This document shows, in pieces, positions 1 to 8,840 of a DNA stretch of 64,000 nucleotides. This DNA comes from Almyronema epifaneia S1 (GTDB lineage Bacteria > Cyanobacteriota > Cyanobacteriia > Phormidesmidales > Phormidesmidaceae): NCBI RefSeq assembly GCF_042788235.1, contig NZ_JBHZOL010000088.1:46837-110836 (forward strand). Direction: 5' to 3'. The notes below the pieces were generated by a model. That model was given only the letters and a program-made list of their open reading frames with translations. It made no database searches and was not told the DNA's origin. The translations under genes and the position numbers were made by a program. How positions within the stretch are numbered: the first letter of the stretch is position 1; every line of letters starts with the position of its first letter.

Positions 1-1260
1 AGCGCGTGCAAGGCGACGGATTTGCACAGCGCAGTGCAGTGCTTTGTCTAGCTCTTGAGTATAGCTGTAGCAATAGCAGAGGTTAAACCATGATTGGCAC
101 TCAGCTATGTGATCTTCTAGGCGCTGAAAGCCTAATAAGGCTTGCTGAGTATAGGCGATCGCGGGTTTCCATCGACCCCATCTAGCATAAACCGCCCCTA
201 GCGCACTAGTGGCAAGGCAAGTATCACGTCGGTTGCCAATGCTGCTGCTATGAGCCAAAGCCAACTCAAAATGGGCGATCGCCTGCGACCATTTCTGTTG
301 ATTGGTGTAAGCATATCCCACACTATGAGCGGCGGCAGCAATCTTTTCTGCTAACTGTAGTTGCTGAGTGAGTTCTAAGCGCTGCTGTAAAGAATCTAGG
401 GAGTAGAACTGCCCCCGATTAAGATAGCTGCCTTCTAACTCCATCAGAATATTTAACTTTTCATCTAGACGATCTGTCGTTTGCACAATCTTCCAGGCTT
501 TGAGATGGTGGGCGGTCGCTTTGGAAACTTGACGCTTGGCGTCATAGACTATCCCAAGCCCAGATAGCGCTCTAGCTTCTTGTAGGCGATCGCCTAGATC
601 TCTTGCCAATTTAAGATGCTGCTGACAATACTGCTGAGACAAATCTAAATTGACTTGGTAATAGCTGCGCAGACGGCTTAGTGCGCCCAAAGCTCGCATC
701 TCTGCATGGGGATTTTGTAGTTTTTGAGCTAACTGTAGTTGCTGAGTATAAGCCGCGATCGCTTCAGCACAATTACCTGCTACTCGATGGACTTCACCAA
801 GACCGTACAACAAAAAAGCATTCAAGCTATCGTCTAGCTTGTTGAGTAGGGTTTGATACAAGTCTTGCTGCTGGGCATAGTGTCCCCACCATCCAATCTG
901 CCGATGTAAAGGCTGAGTAAAGTGGCCTTCAATCGGCAACCACAGAATATGTGCACAAAGTTGCCATTCTTGTAGCTGACTGAGATGATAAAACACTTCT
1001 AGTAAACCCTTGACCCTCTCCAAGGAAGTGTCGTTAGCAGGCTGATAGGTCGTCAACCAGTAATAAGCTGCTTGCCAATGGGCTTGCTCCATCAGGCAAG
1101 TTTGCGGCGTTGCGAGTGCTTGAGACACTGCATTTTGTAAACCTATTCGATTCAGAAATTTAGGGTTGAGAGAGCTAATTCCCCAAACAATCTGAACTTC
1201 TGACCAAGTCAGCTGTAGGCAAGAAGCCGACTGATTTGGCTGCCTACCTGTTTTTTCCAT
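1..1260 (-). CDS. TPR-repeat protein; the start codon is inside the window and the gene continues past position 1
   Basis: Reverse-strand ORF with ATG at 1260-1258, 3 nt downstream of a GGAAG Shine-Dalgarno-like motif. Hand translation MEKTGRQPNQ...LGEVHRVAGNCAEAIAAYTQQLQLAQKLQN...ALSGLGIVYDAKRQVSKATAHHLKAW... shows repeated ~34-aa TPR-like units. There is no stop before the window edge. Confidence 0.6.
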   Translation of the reverse strand, partial: MEKTGRQPNQSASCLQLTWSEVQIVWGISSLNPKFLNRIGLQNAVSQALATPQTCLMEQAHWQAAYYWLTTYQPANDTSLERVKGLLEVFYHLSQLQEWQLCAHILWLPIEGHFTQPLHRQIGWWGHYAQQQDLYQTLLNKLDDSLNAFLLYGLGEVHRVAGNCAEAIAAYTQQLQLAQKLQNPHAEMRALGALSRLRSYYQVNLDLSQQYCQQHLKLARDLGDRLQEARALSGLGIVYDAKRQVSKATAHHLKAWKIVQTTDRLDEKLNILMELEGSYLNRGQFYSLDSLQQRLELTQQLQLAEKIAAAAHSVGYAYTNQQKWSQAIAHFELALAHSSSIGNRRDTCLATSALGAVYARWGRWKPAIAYTQQALLGFQRLEDHIAECQSWFNLCYCYSYTQELDKALHCAVQIRRLARA

Positions 1261-2752
1261 GCTTCCAGGTTTTTAATCTAGCCAGAGCCGTGCAGCGAAT
1301 TAAGTTGTGTAGCCGATAAAGAATTCGACTGCTCGTTCTTTCAGGTTCTAGCAAAAATCGCCGCTGCAAGACTTGAAATGCCGTATTCAGGGCTTCAGTA
1401 GAAGATTCTGTCATCAAGCAGAGCCAAGCCTGTCGCTCAACAGCCTGACGATAGGTTGCGCCCATACACAATAGCTGGTGCGCTAAAGGAGCTGTTTTTT
1501 CTAACTGATCAAGCGATCGCTGAATCCGCTTTTGTACTAGTTCAGCTAAATCTAGGCTATAGGCATCAAGTTTTGGATAGCTCTGCTGATTTTTGCTAGT
1601 TTCAGCCATCCACTGCTGAAAATATTCGATTTCTGCGCCATAGTCATGCCAGTAAGCCTGGATATTGCCTATAAAAGGTTCGTTCAGGATATCTCCAGCG
1701 ATGACTTTTAGAGCTAAAGGATGGCCTTCGTAGGTATGAATACATTGTTGCAGGATATGCCTTGATTCTGGCTCAGTAGTGTCCTGAATACCCCAAGCGG
1801 TAAACAAGTCAAAAGCGTCTTTGGCAGAGAGTCCTTTTAACTTATATTCATAGGTGCGATCGGTATATCGCCCTTCGGCGAAGACTGGTAGTTTTAGCTG
1901 AGACGTCACAATTATTAGGCTTTGGGTATCACGGGTGCGAACAAACTCATCTAAAAATCGGTAAATCCAGGGATCTAACGTCGGCGAATTTCCAGAAGCT
2001 ATCTCAAAAGCCTCTTCGACCATATCTAGAATGAAGCACTGAGGGGTTTCCCTCAGATTTGACATTACTCTTTCTAAAAGCGTTTCAGACGCAGCCAGAT
2101 TTTCGTTTACACAATGGCTACCCAAAATAGCCTGAGCTAAATTTAAAAAATTAGAGTCTTTTTTCTCAAAGCGAACGCTAGCAATGCGAGAGAAGCGGCT
2201 TTCAGTATCGAGGGCGATCGCCAATCGAGCTGCTAAAGAAGTCTTACCAATACCAGAGATGCCGACTAATGCTAGTAACCGACAGTTTGTTAATTTTTGA
2301 CTCAGGTACTCAAGTTCTTGCTCTCGCCCGACCCAGCGAATGCAATCACCCAGAAAGTCAATCTTAATACCTGAAGTGGCAGCAAGGTGAAGCTCAGCTT
2401 GGTCTACAGCAGAGCAGCGTAATACTGCCTGTTTCTGCTGCGATCGCTCTAAATAAGCTTTGACATTGTGCTTACTAACTCGCTGATTGGGTTGAAGAAA
2501 ACCAGCGTGCTGAAGTGCGCCACTGAGGAGATTCCAAAGCTGATAAGCCGTTGATCGCTGTAATGTATTAACCGAGTTGATAAACAGCGCTGGATCTGGA
2601 TCTTCTTGAATCAACCTGTAAATCTTTCTGTAGTCATGTCCCATCAGAATTCCTTGCAATAGTTTTAGCTGCAAAGGACTCAGGGGGCGGCCACGATAAT
2701 CTTCAACCAGCCAATTAGCCCATTCAAGCAGGGATGAGATTAATTCAGGCAT
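1244..2752 (-). CDS. STAND-class NB-ARC/AAA P-loop NTPase with an N-terminal helix-turn-helix-like segment
   Basis: Walker A GISGIGKTSLA, Walker B-like hhhhD (CFILDMVEE) and a GxP motif GHPLALKVIAG typical of NB-ARC. The N-terminal ~60 aa (LSPLQLKLLQGILMGHDYRKIYRL) resembles a LuxR/sigma region 4 HTH. The stop overlaps the start of the TPR gene by 17 nt. Confidence 0.75.
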   Translation of the reverse strand: MPELISSLLEWANWLVEDYRGRPLSPLQLKLLQGILMGHDYRKIYRLIQEDPDPALFINSVNTLQRSTAYQLWNLLSGALQHAGFLQPNQRVSKHNVKAYLERSQQKQAVLRCSAVDQAELHLAATSGIKIDFLGDCIRWVGREQELEYLSQKLTNCRLLALVGISGIGKTSLAARLAIALDTESRFSRIASVRFEKKDSNFLNLAQAILGSHCVNENLAASETLLERVMSNLRETPQCFILDMVEEAFEIASGNSPTLDPWIYRFLDEFVRTRDTQSLIIVTSQLKLPVFAEGRYTDRTYEYKLKGLSAKDAFDLFTAWGIQDTTEPESRHILQQCIHTYEGHPLALKVIAGDILNEPFIGNIQAYWHDYGAEIEYFQQWMAETSKNQQSYPKLDAYSLDLAELVQKRIQRSLDQLEKTAPLAHQLLCMGATYRQAVERQAWLCLMTESSTEALNTAFQVLQRRFLLEPERTSSRILYRLHNLIRCTALARLKTWKHGKNR

Positions 2753-3004
2753 TGAGAGGACACGGAAAACGGCAGAGGCTTATTTCAGTATTCCCTCGCT
2801 TGCCATACTTTCACTTACGAGAATTTTTTGAATAGCCGTACATTACACAAGGCAACGACGCACCCGAAGCAGTTTCCTCCTCAAGCTTCTAGGCCCAGGT
2901 TGAGAACGTTCAGGCGATCGCGCTTTGGCAACTACCCGACTTCATCTCTGACGGTAGAAAATAAATCTGAGGAAACTGTGAGGATTAGAGACTAAAGGGT
3001 CGGC

Positions 3005-4594
3005 TTAGAGCGGTCGATAAACCCGATAGTTGATATTCGGAAAGATATTGTCGATCGCCTCGACTTTTTCCAACCAGCCCGCATCAATCTTGCCAGCCAA
3101 AACATCTTCCCACAGCTTGCTAAAACGCTGTAGGTGCGATCGCGTCCGCCGCACCGCATAGGGCACCATGGTGCCTGTGCGCATAATAAAAGCCCAATCT
3201 GAAGACTGCGCCAGCAATAGCTCCCGCGCTGCCTGGTTAAGAGCCCGCCATTCCAGTTCATCGGTAGGTTCCCGCTGAGCCAGTTCAATCATGCGTTCTG
3301 CGGCCTTATGCAGATGAGGATAAATCCAGGCGTTGGTTTCGTTGAGCCAATATTCGTGAAAGCCCTTATAGCCCCAGCTTGACTGAGACGGGCGACAAAC
3401 CTGCTGGGTCGGCTGAGCCTGCAAATAGTCAGACAGATGAGTCATCTGGTAAGACTGCTGATCATGCCAAGACTTGCGGAACAAAAAGTCGATAAACCAA
3501 GGCCCTTCATACCACCAGTGGCCAAACAATTCGGCATCGTAGGGCGACAGCACAATCGGCGGGCGCTGCATCAAGCTATACAGATATTCCATCTGCCGCT
3601 CACGGTTGAACATAAAGTTGGCCGCATGTTCCGCCGCTTTTTCTTTGGCCCAGTAGGGGTCATAAAGTTCTTTTTCCGCTAGCCCCAGACCTTTACCCGT
3701 AATTTTGTGATACTTAATACCCACATTTTTGCGCTGGCCGTTAGGCATGATGTAGGGCTTGATATATTCGTATTCAGCATCCCAGCCTAAGTCACGGTAA
3801 AACTCCCGATATTCAGCAGCGCCGGGATAGCCCACCTGAGACGACCAAACCTGCTGGGAAGACTCATGATCGCGGCCAAAAGCCGCTACCCCTGTTTCAG
3901 TAAAGATGGGGGCATAAGAGCCAAAACGGGGGCGCGGACGGGCGTAGAGAATGCCATGACCGTCGGTGATGAAGTAGCGCAAACCCGCATCGGCCAGCAT
4001 TCGCTCTACGCCTTCGTAGTAGGCACATTCGGGTAGCCAAATCCCAGCGGGCATCTGGCCAAAGGTGTCTTGATAATGCTCACAGGCGATTTGAATCTGT
4101 GCCCAAACCGCTTCAGGATACATTTTCATCAGCGGCAGATAGCCGTGGGTGGCTCCGCAGGTGATGATATCGAGGTTGTTGCTATCTTGATACTGCTTAA
4201 AAGCGTTTACCAGGTTGCCGTCATAGTGCTCCCAAACCTGCCGTACCTGGTTAAATTCTTTGGCGTAGTATTCCGCCAGATATTTCAGGTGACCGTTGTG
4301 CGTATTGCGTTCAATTTCCATCTCTGCTAGCTCTTCTAGCTGAGCCAGATGATGGTCGTAGCGCTCCTGTAGCAGGTTATCTTGCAGCATCGACACCAAA
4401 GGCGGCGTCATGCTCATGGTTAGCTTAAAGTCAATGTTGTCTCGCTTCAGCCCCTCAAACATCAGCAGGAGCGGCACATATGTCTCTGTAATTGCCTCAA
4501 ATAGCCATTCTTCCTCCAGCACATAGTCACTTTCGGGATGTCGCACAAAGGGCAGATGGGCGTGAAGGACTAAGGCTAAATATCCGATACTCAT
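3005..4594 (-). CDS. glycoside hydrolase family 57 protein (1,4-alpha-glucan branching enzyme-like)
   Basis: 529-aa ORF. N-terminus MSIGYLALVLHAHLPFVRHPE plus conserved GH57 blocks (EEWLFEAITETYVPLL, GHWWYEGPWF) match GH57/DUF1957 glucan branching enzymes from cyanobacteria. Confidence 0.8.
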   Translation of the reverse strand: MSIGYLALVLHAHLPFVRHPESDYVLEEEWLFEAITETYVPLLLMFEGLKRDNIDFKLTMSMTPPLVSMLQDNLLQERYDHHLAQLEELAEMEIERNTHNGHLKYLAEYYAKEFNQVRQVWEHYDGNLVNAFKQYQDSNNLDIITCGATHGYLPLMKMYPEAVWAQIQIACEHYQDTFGQMPAGIWLPECAYYEGVERMLADAGLRYFITDGHGILYARPRPRFGSYAPIFTETGVAAFGRDHESSQQVWSSQVGYPGAAEYREFYRDLGWDAEYEYIKPYIMPNGQRKNVGIKYHKITGKGLGLAEKELYDPYWAKEKAAEHAANFMFNRERQMEYLYSLMQRPPIVLSPYDAELFGHWWYEGPWFIDFLFRKSWHDQQSYQMTHLSDYLQAQPTQQVCRPSQSSWGYKGFHEYWLNETNAWIYPHLHKAAERMIELAQREPTDELEWRALNQAARELLLAQSSDWAFIMRTGTMVPYAVRRTRSHLQRFSKLWEDVLAGKIDAGWLEKVEAIDNIFPNINYRVYRPL

Positions 4595-4883
4595 AGGTAA
4601 TTACTGTTATTAGAAGACAACAGATGTCTAAAAGGACGAGACAGCGCTAGCTACATTGCCAAAATTGTAAAGCAAAAGTAAAAGGTAAGATTGCGAATTT
4701 AGCGATCGCGCTAAAATGCCAGACCTCATTAAGGGAACCGACTTGCTGGTCTGGCTCAGTTTTTCACGGCGATGATGCCAACCTGGCTTTGAAGGGGCTA
4801 CAGCGTATTGGTTCAACTGCCCGCACAAGCGCTAAAAACTGTATAATGAGGCACTTTTTGCCGCTATGGTCGCTCAGGTTAGC

Positions 4884-4948
4884 CACTCAAATGGTTGAAA
4901 GCCGCTGATAGAAAACCTTTCCTGCTGCCCTCAGCCATCTGCCTTTGA
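4884..4948 (+). repeat. MITE-like dispersed repeat, copy 1
   Basis: aaatggttgaaagccgctgatagaaaacctttcctgctgccctcagccatctgcc. Shares the core ..tggctgaaagccgctgaYagaaaagcttttcttctgccctcagccttctgc.. with 6 other loci in this window. Confidence 0.7.
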
Positions 4949-5123
4949 TACCCCACTCTATGGGCTAGGTCGTTATCCTGATAGCGGCGCTTGAGTCAAA
5001 AACAACCGCAACGCCCCCTCAGCTTGCTGGCTAGGGCGCTCAAAGCCGCCTTGTCTCAGTAAACTTTGAAAAGCAAACTGTTTTTAGGACAACGCCGTTA
5101 TCGCAATGAGTCAATGAAAGTCA

Positions 5124-6122
5124 ATGACAACGGTTTTAGTGGTTGATGACGATAGCGTCATCCGCTTTTTGTTAAAGCGAACCCTGCAACAAGAAGACTT
5201 TGAAGTGCTAGAGGCTGCTAACGGGTCAGACTGCTTGACCATTTGCAACTCGTTTCCGGTTGACCTCGTCCTTCTCGATGCGTTGCTACCAGAAATGAAT
5301 GGCTTCGACTGCTGTGCGCGCCTGCAGCAAGATCTAGCAGAAGCCTGCCCTCCCATTTTGATGATTACGGGTCTATCAGATCGCGATTCGGTTGATCGGG
5401 CTTTCGATGTGGGGGCGACCGATTATGTGACTAAACCCATTCACATCGCGGTTCTCCGGCGACGGGTCAAACATATTTTGCAAGAACGCTGGATGGTGAC
5501 TGAGCTAAGGCATCAGTTAGCGGAAAGCCAGCTTTTGCGCCATCAGCTCGAAACCGTTAACCATCAGTTGATGCGGTTGGCTAACCTTGACAGTTTGACC
5601 CAGTTGGCTAACCGTCGCTACTTTGACCAAACGCTACAGCAAGAGTGGCGACGGCTAACGCGAGAACAAAAACCCTTAGGTCTGCTGCTTTGTGATGTGG
5701 ACTGCTTTAAGGCTTATAACGATGCCTATGGTCATTTAGCGGGAGACGCCTGTTTAGCCAAAATTGCTCAAGTTTTAGGAGAAAACATTCGACGAGCCGC
5801 CGATTTAGCCGCCCGCTATGGTGGAGAAGAATTTGTTATCCTCCTGCCTAACACCGATTTGGCGGGCGGGCTGGTAGTTGCAGAAAATATTCGGCAGCAG
5901 GTTGAGCAGCAGCACATTCCTCACTGCGGCTCCCCAGTGCAGCCAGTGGTAACCTTAAGCATTGGGGTAGCTTGTTTGATGCCCAGCCATGATACAGAAC
6001 CGGAAAACCTGATTGGCAGAGCCGATCAGGCTCTTTATCTGGCTAAGTTTCGCGGTCGCAATCGGGTGATTAGCTATGAAGCGGCAGAAGCGGCTAAGCG
6101 TCTTTGGAAAAGCGAAAGCTAG
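5124..6122 (+). CDS. response regulator receiver (REC) + GGDEF diguanylate cyclase
   Basis: N-terminal REC (VLVVDDDSVIRF...LLDALLPEMNGFD...ATDYVTKP) and C-terminal GGDEF with an intact RYGGEEFVILLP active site. Confidence 0.85.
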   Translation: MTTVLVVDDDSVIRFLLKRTLQQEDFEVLEAANGSDCLTICNSFPVDLVLLDALLPEMNGFDCCARLQQDLAEACPPILMITGLSDRDSVDRAFDVGATDYVTKPIHIAVLRRRVKHILQERWMVTELRHQLAESQLLRHQLETVNHQLMRLANLDSLTQLANRRYFDQTLQQEWRRLTREQKPLGLLLCDVDCFKAYNDAYGHLAGDACLAKIAQVLGENIRRAADLAARYGGEEFVILLPNTDLAGGLVVAENIRQQVEQQHIPHCGSPVQPVVTLSIGVACLMPSHDTEPENLIGRADQALYLAKFRGRNRVISYEAAEAAKRLWKSES

Positions 6123-6125
6123 CGT

Positions 6126-7157
6126 CTAGTTTTTAGACTGGAGCTGTCTAAAGGTTTGATACATTTCGGGCAAGCGGCGGTAGACGGCAGCCGCCCGCAG
6201 GTAAATTTGGTGCGGCAAGGCGGGGCTACCGGAAACAGTGGTATGAGGTCGAATGTTGGTATGAATGCCTGATTGGGCACCTACAATGACGCCTGTACCG
6301 ATTTCAACCTGGTTAGAGACGCCGACTTGACCGCCCAAAATTACCCGATCGCCAACGCTTACGCCCCCGGCTAAGCCCACTTGAGCTGCCATCACGACTG
6401 CTTCACCGATTTGGCAGCCGTGGGCAATGTGAACCAGGTTGTCTAACTTGGTCTGGCGTTTGATGCGGGTTTCTCCTACTGCTGGGCGATCAACGGTAGA
6501 GTTACAGCCAATTTCGACGCCGTCTTCTAAAACGGTACGGCCTGACTGCTCCATTTTTTCCCAGCCTGTGGCGGTTGGCACAAAGCCAAACCCTTCTGAA
6601 CCGATGGCAGCGCCGCTGTGAATCACACAGTCTGCCCCGATTTGCGTGCGCTCGTGAATTACACAGTTGGCGTGGAGAATGCTGCGATCGCCAATACAGG
6701 CTGCTGGATAGATGACGACGTTGGGATGAATACAAACGCCGCTGCCTAGCTGAACATCGGCTTGAATCACCACATTGGCTCCGATAGAAACGTTGTCTCC
6801 TAGCTGGGCTGAAGGAGCAATGACAGCGCTGGGATGAATGCCGGGGGCGGGTCTAAAGGGCTGATAAAACAGCGCGATCGCACGGGCAAAAAACAGCCGG
6901 GGTTCAGGGACGCTTAACCAGGCGATCGCTCGTGCATTTGCCTGAGATTGCAGTTCAGCCGCCAGCGGCAAAATCAGCGCACTCGCCTGGGTCGTCTCTA
7001 GGTAACGAGCAAATTTGGTGCCCTCTACATAGCTCAACTGGCCTGCGATCGCTTCGTCAATAGCGGCGACTCCCGTAATCTCAGGATTGCGATCGCTAAA
7101 ATTAATCAGGCTGTTTTGATCAGTCTTCAGTTTCTGGACGATTTCGCTGAATTTCAT
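6126..7157 (-). CDS. lpxD: UDP-3-O-(3-hydroxyacyl)glucosamine N-acyltransferase
   Basis: 343 aa with left-handed beta-helix hexapeptide repeats (IGxxVxIxxxVxIG) and an N-terminal LpxD domain. Confidence 0.85.
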   Translation of the reverse strand: MKFSEIVQKLKTDQNSLINFSDRNPEITGVAAIDEAIAGQLSYVEGTKFARYLETTQASALILPLAAELQSQANARAIAWLSVPEPRLFFARAIALFYQPFRPAPGIHPSAVIAPSAQLGDNVSIGANVVIQADVQLGSGVCIHPNVVIYPAACIGDRSILHANCVIHERTQIGADCVIHSGAAIGSEGFGFVPTATGWEKMEQSGRTVLEDGVEIGCNSTVDRPAVGETRIKRQTKLDNLVHIAHGCQIGEAVVMAAQVGLAGGVSVGDRVILGGQVGVSNQVEIGTGVIVGAQSGIHTNIRPHTTVSGSPALPHQIYLRAAAVYRRLPEMYQTFRQLQSKN

Positions 7158-7204
7158 AGCATTGCGGAAGGGAGAGTCGCCTACACACTAAAATCTACCG
7201 CCCT

Positions 7205-8572
7205 TTACCGTACCAGAAACGCTACACACTCTACATGAGCCGTCTGCGGAAAGAAATCGGCTGGTTGTACTCGCTGTAACTGATAGCCTCCCTGTTCGCA
7301 GAGGGTTTTGAGATCGCGAGCCAGCGTTGCCGGGTTACAGCTCATGTAGACAATGCGGTGGGGAGCCAGTTCTATCAGCGATCGCAAAACCGCAGGCGTA
7401 CAGCCTTTTCGCGGTGGATCTAGCACCACCACATCAATGGGCGTGCCGAGTCGCTCCCCTACCTGCGGCAGCCAGTCTTCAACCGCCCCCACCTGAAAGT
7501 CAACGTTAGAGATGCCGTTAATGGCGGCATTGGTCTGCGCTTGCTGAACCGAGTCTTTGCTAACTTCTAAACCCAAACAGTGTTTAGCCTGATCGGCAAT
7601 GGGCAACGTCAACGTACCAATGCCGCAGTAAGCATCTACCACCCGCTCATGCCCTTGCAAGTTCAATTCCGCCAGAATCACTGCTAGTAGCTGCTCGGCT
7701 TGCTCGGTGTTTACCTGAAAAAAGTTAGTCGGGCCAACCCGCAACTGTAGATTGGCAAATTGTTCTTCAACGTAGGGCTGGCCAGCAACACAGTAAGTCG
7801 TGCCGCCAAAAATGGCGTTGGTTTGCTGAGCATTGTGATTGAGCATAACCCCCACCAAGTGAGGATAACGCTGCAACCAGGTTTGGGCTTGCTCCTCTAA
7901 GTTCCCCAGCCGGGGGCGGGTACTCACCAGGGTCAACAAAACCTGCCCGGTTCGCCGCCCGATGCGCAAAGACAGGTGGCGCAAAGCTCCCCGCTGAGTA
8001 GACTCGTCATAAATGGGCCAGCCCTGCTCAGCAATATCCTGCTTGATTTCGCTCAGAAAAGGATCTAAGCGTTCGTCTTGCACCGGACAGCGGTTGAGGT
8101 TAATAAGCTTGTGGGTGCCTTTGCGATAGTAGCCTGCCTGCACCTGTTGCGTATCGGAGCGTCCTAGAGGATAGGTAGCCTTGTTGCGATAGGCCAAAGG
8201 CGCTGAGGGTAAAATCGGCTCGACCTTGATAGTGTCAAAGCCGCCAATGCGTTTGAGCGCATCTTCTACCTGCTGCTGTTTAGCGGCAAGCTGCTCTGTA
8301 TAAGCAACTGTTTGCCACTGGCAGCCGCCGCACTTGTCAGCCACAATGCAGGCGGGTTTAATTCGGTCGGGTGACGCCGTTTCTACCTGGAGCAGTTTAC
8401 CCCAGCCGTAAGTGGGCTTAATGCGCAGCAACCGGGTCTGGACGCGATCGCCCGGTACCGTATCGGGCACAAACACCACTCGCTCCTGCCAGCGGCCTAC
8501 TCCTTCGCCTGTGCTGTTAAGACCTGTAATCTCTAGATCCAGCACCGCTCCTTGCTGCCAGCGATCGCCCAT
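7205..8572 (-). CDS. rlmD: 23S rRNA (uracil-C5)-methyltransferase RlmD/RumA family (TRAM + Fe-S + SAM methyltransferase)
   Basis: N-terminal TRAM domain, a Cys cluster (CGGCQWQ...C) and a C-terminal class I methyltransferase motif (VVDAYCGIGTLTLPIA ... DPPRKG). Confidence 0.8.
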   Translation of the reverse strand: MGDRWQQGAVLDLEITGLNSTGEGVGRWQERVVFVPDTVPGDRVQTRLLRIKPTYGWGKLLQVETASPDRIKPACIVADKCGGCQWQTVAYTEQLAAKQQQVEDALKRIGGFDTIKVEPILPSAPLAYRNKATYPLGRSDTQQVQAGYYRKGTHKLINLNRCPVQDERLDPFLSEIKQDIAEQGWPIYDESTQRGALRHLSLRIGRRTGQVLLTLVSTRPRLGNLEEQAQTWLQRYPHLVGVMLNHNAQQTNAIFGGTTYCVAGQPYVEEQFANLQLRVGPTNFFQVNTEQAEQLLAVILAELNLQGHERVVDAYCGIGTLTLPIADQAKHCLGLEVSKDSVQQAQTNAAINGISNVDFQVGAVEDWLPQVGERLGTPIDVVVLDPPRKGCTPAVLRSLIELAPHRIVYMSCNPATLARDLKTLCEQGGYQLQRVQPADFFPQTAHVECVAFLVR

Positions 8573-8840
8573 GACTTTTTGCTCTTAAAAAAATTACCGT
8601 ATTTCCTATTCTATCTAGCGAAAACGCTATCCTTCTATTCGGGTCTAGCACCTGGGCGACAGCAGCAAAACCGCTGCCAACCGCAGGGCTTGCCTGGGAA
8701 TGTGTTCCCTGATACAAAAATAAACGTTGATCCATTGGATGTTGAGCTAACAAGCTCAATCCCTGGGTTTAGTAGCGACGTGAGTGTGCAATTCTCTTCT
8801 GAATGTGCAATTCTCTTTCAAAAAGCGAGTGAGGTGTGAA

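Noticed and set aside
1244-1275. Simple frameshift fusion of the NB-ARC and TPR ORFs into one STAND protein
   Set aside because: The TPR frame has a TAA four codons upstream of its ATG, and the NB-ARC frame ends in TAG at 1244, so a single contiguous read-through does not exist. The loci are kept as two genes; a recent indel remains possible, as noted in the findings.
2992-3288. 98-aa minus-strand ORF overlapping the 3' end of the GH57 gene in another frame
   Set aside because: Alternative frame of a conserved enzyme gene; no independent support.
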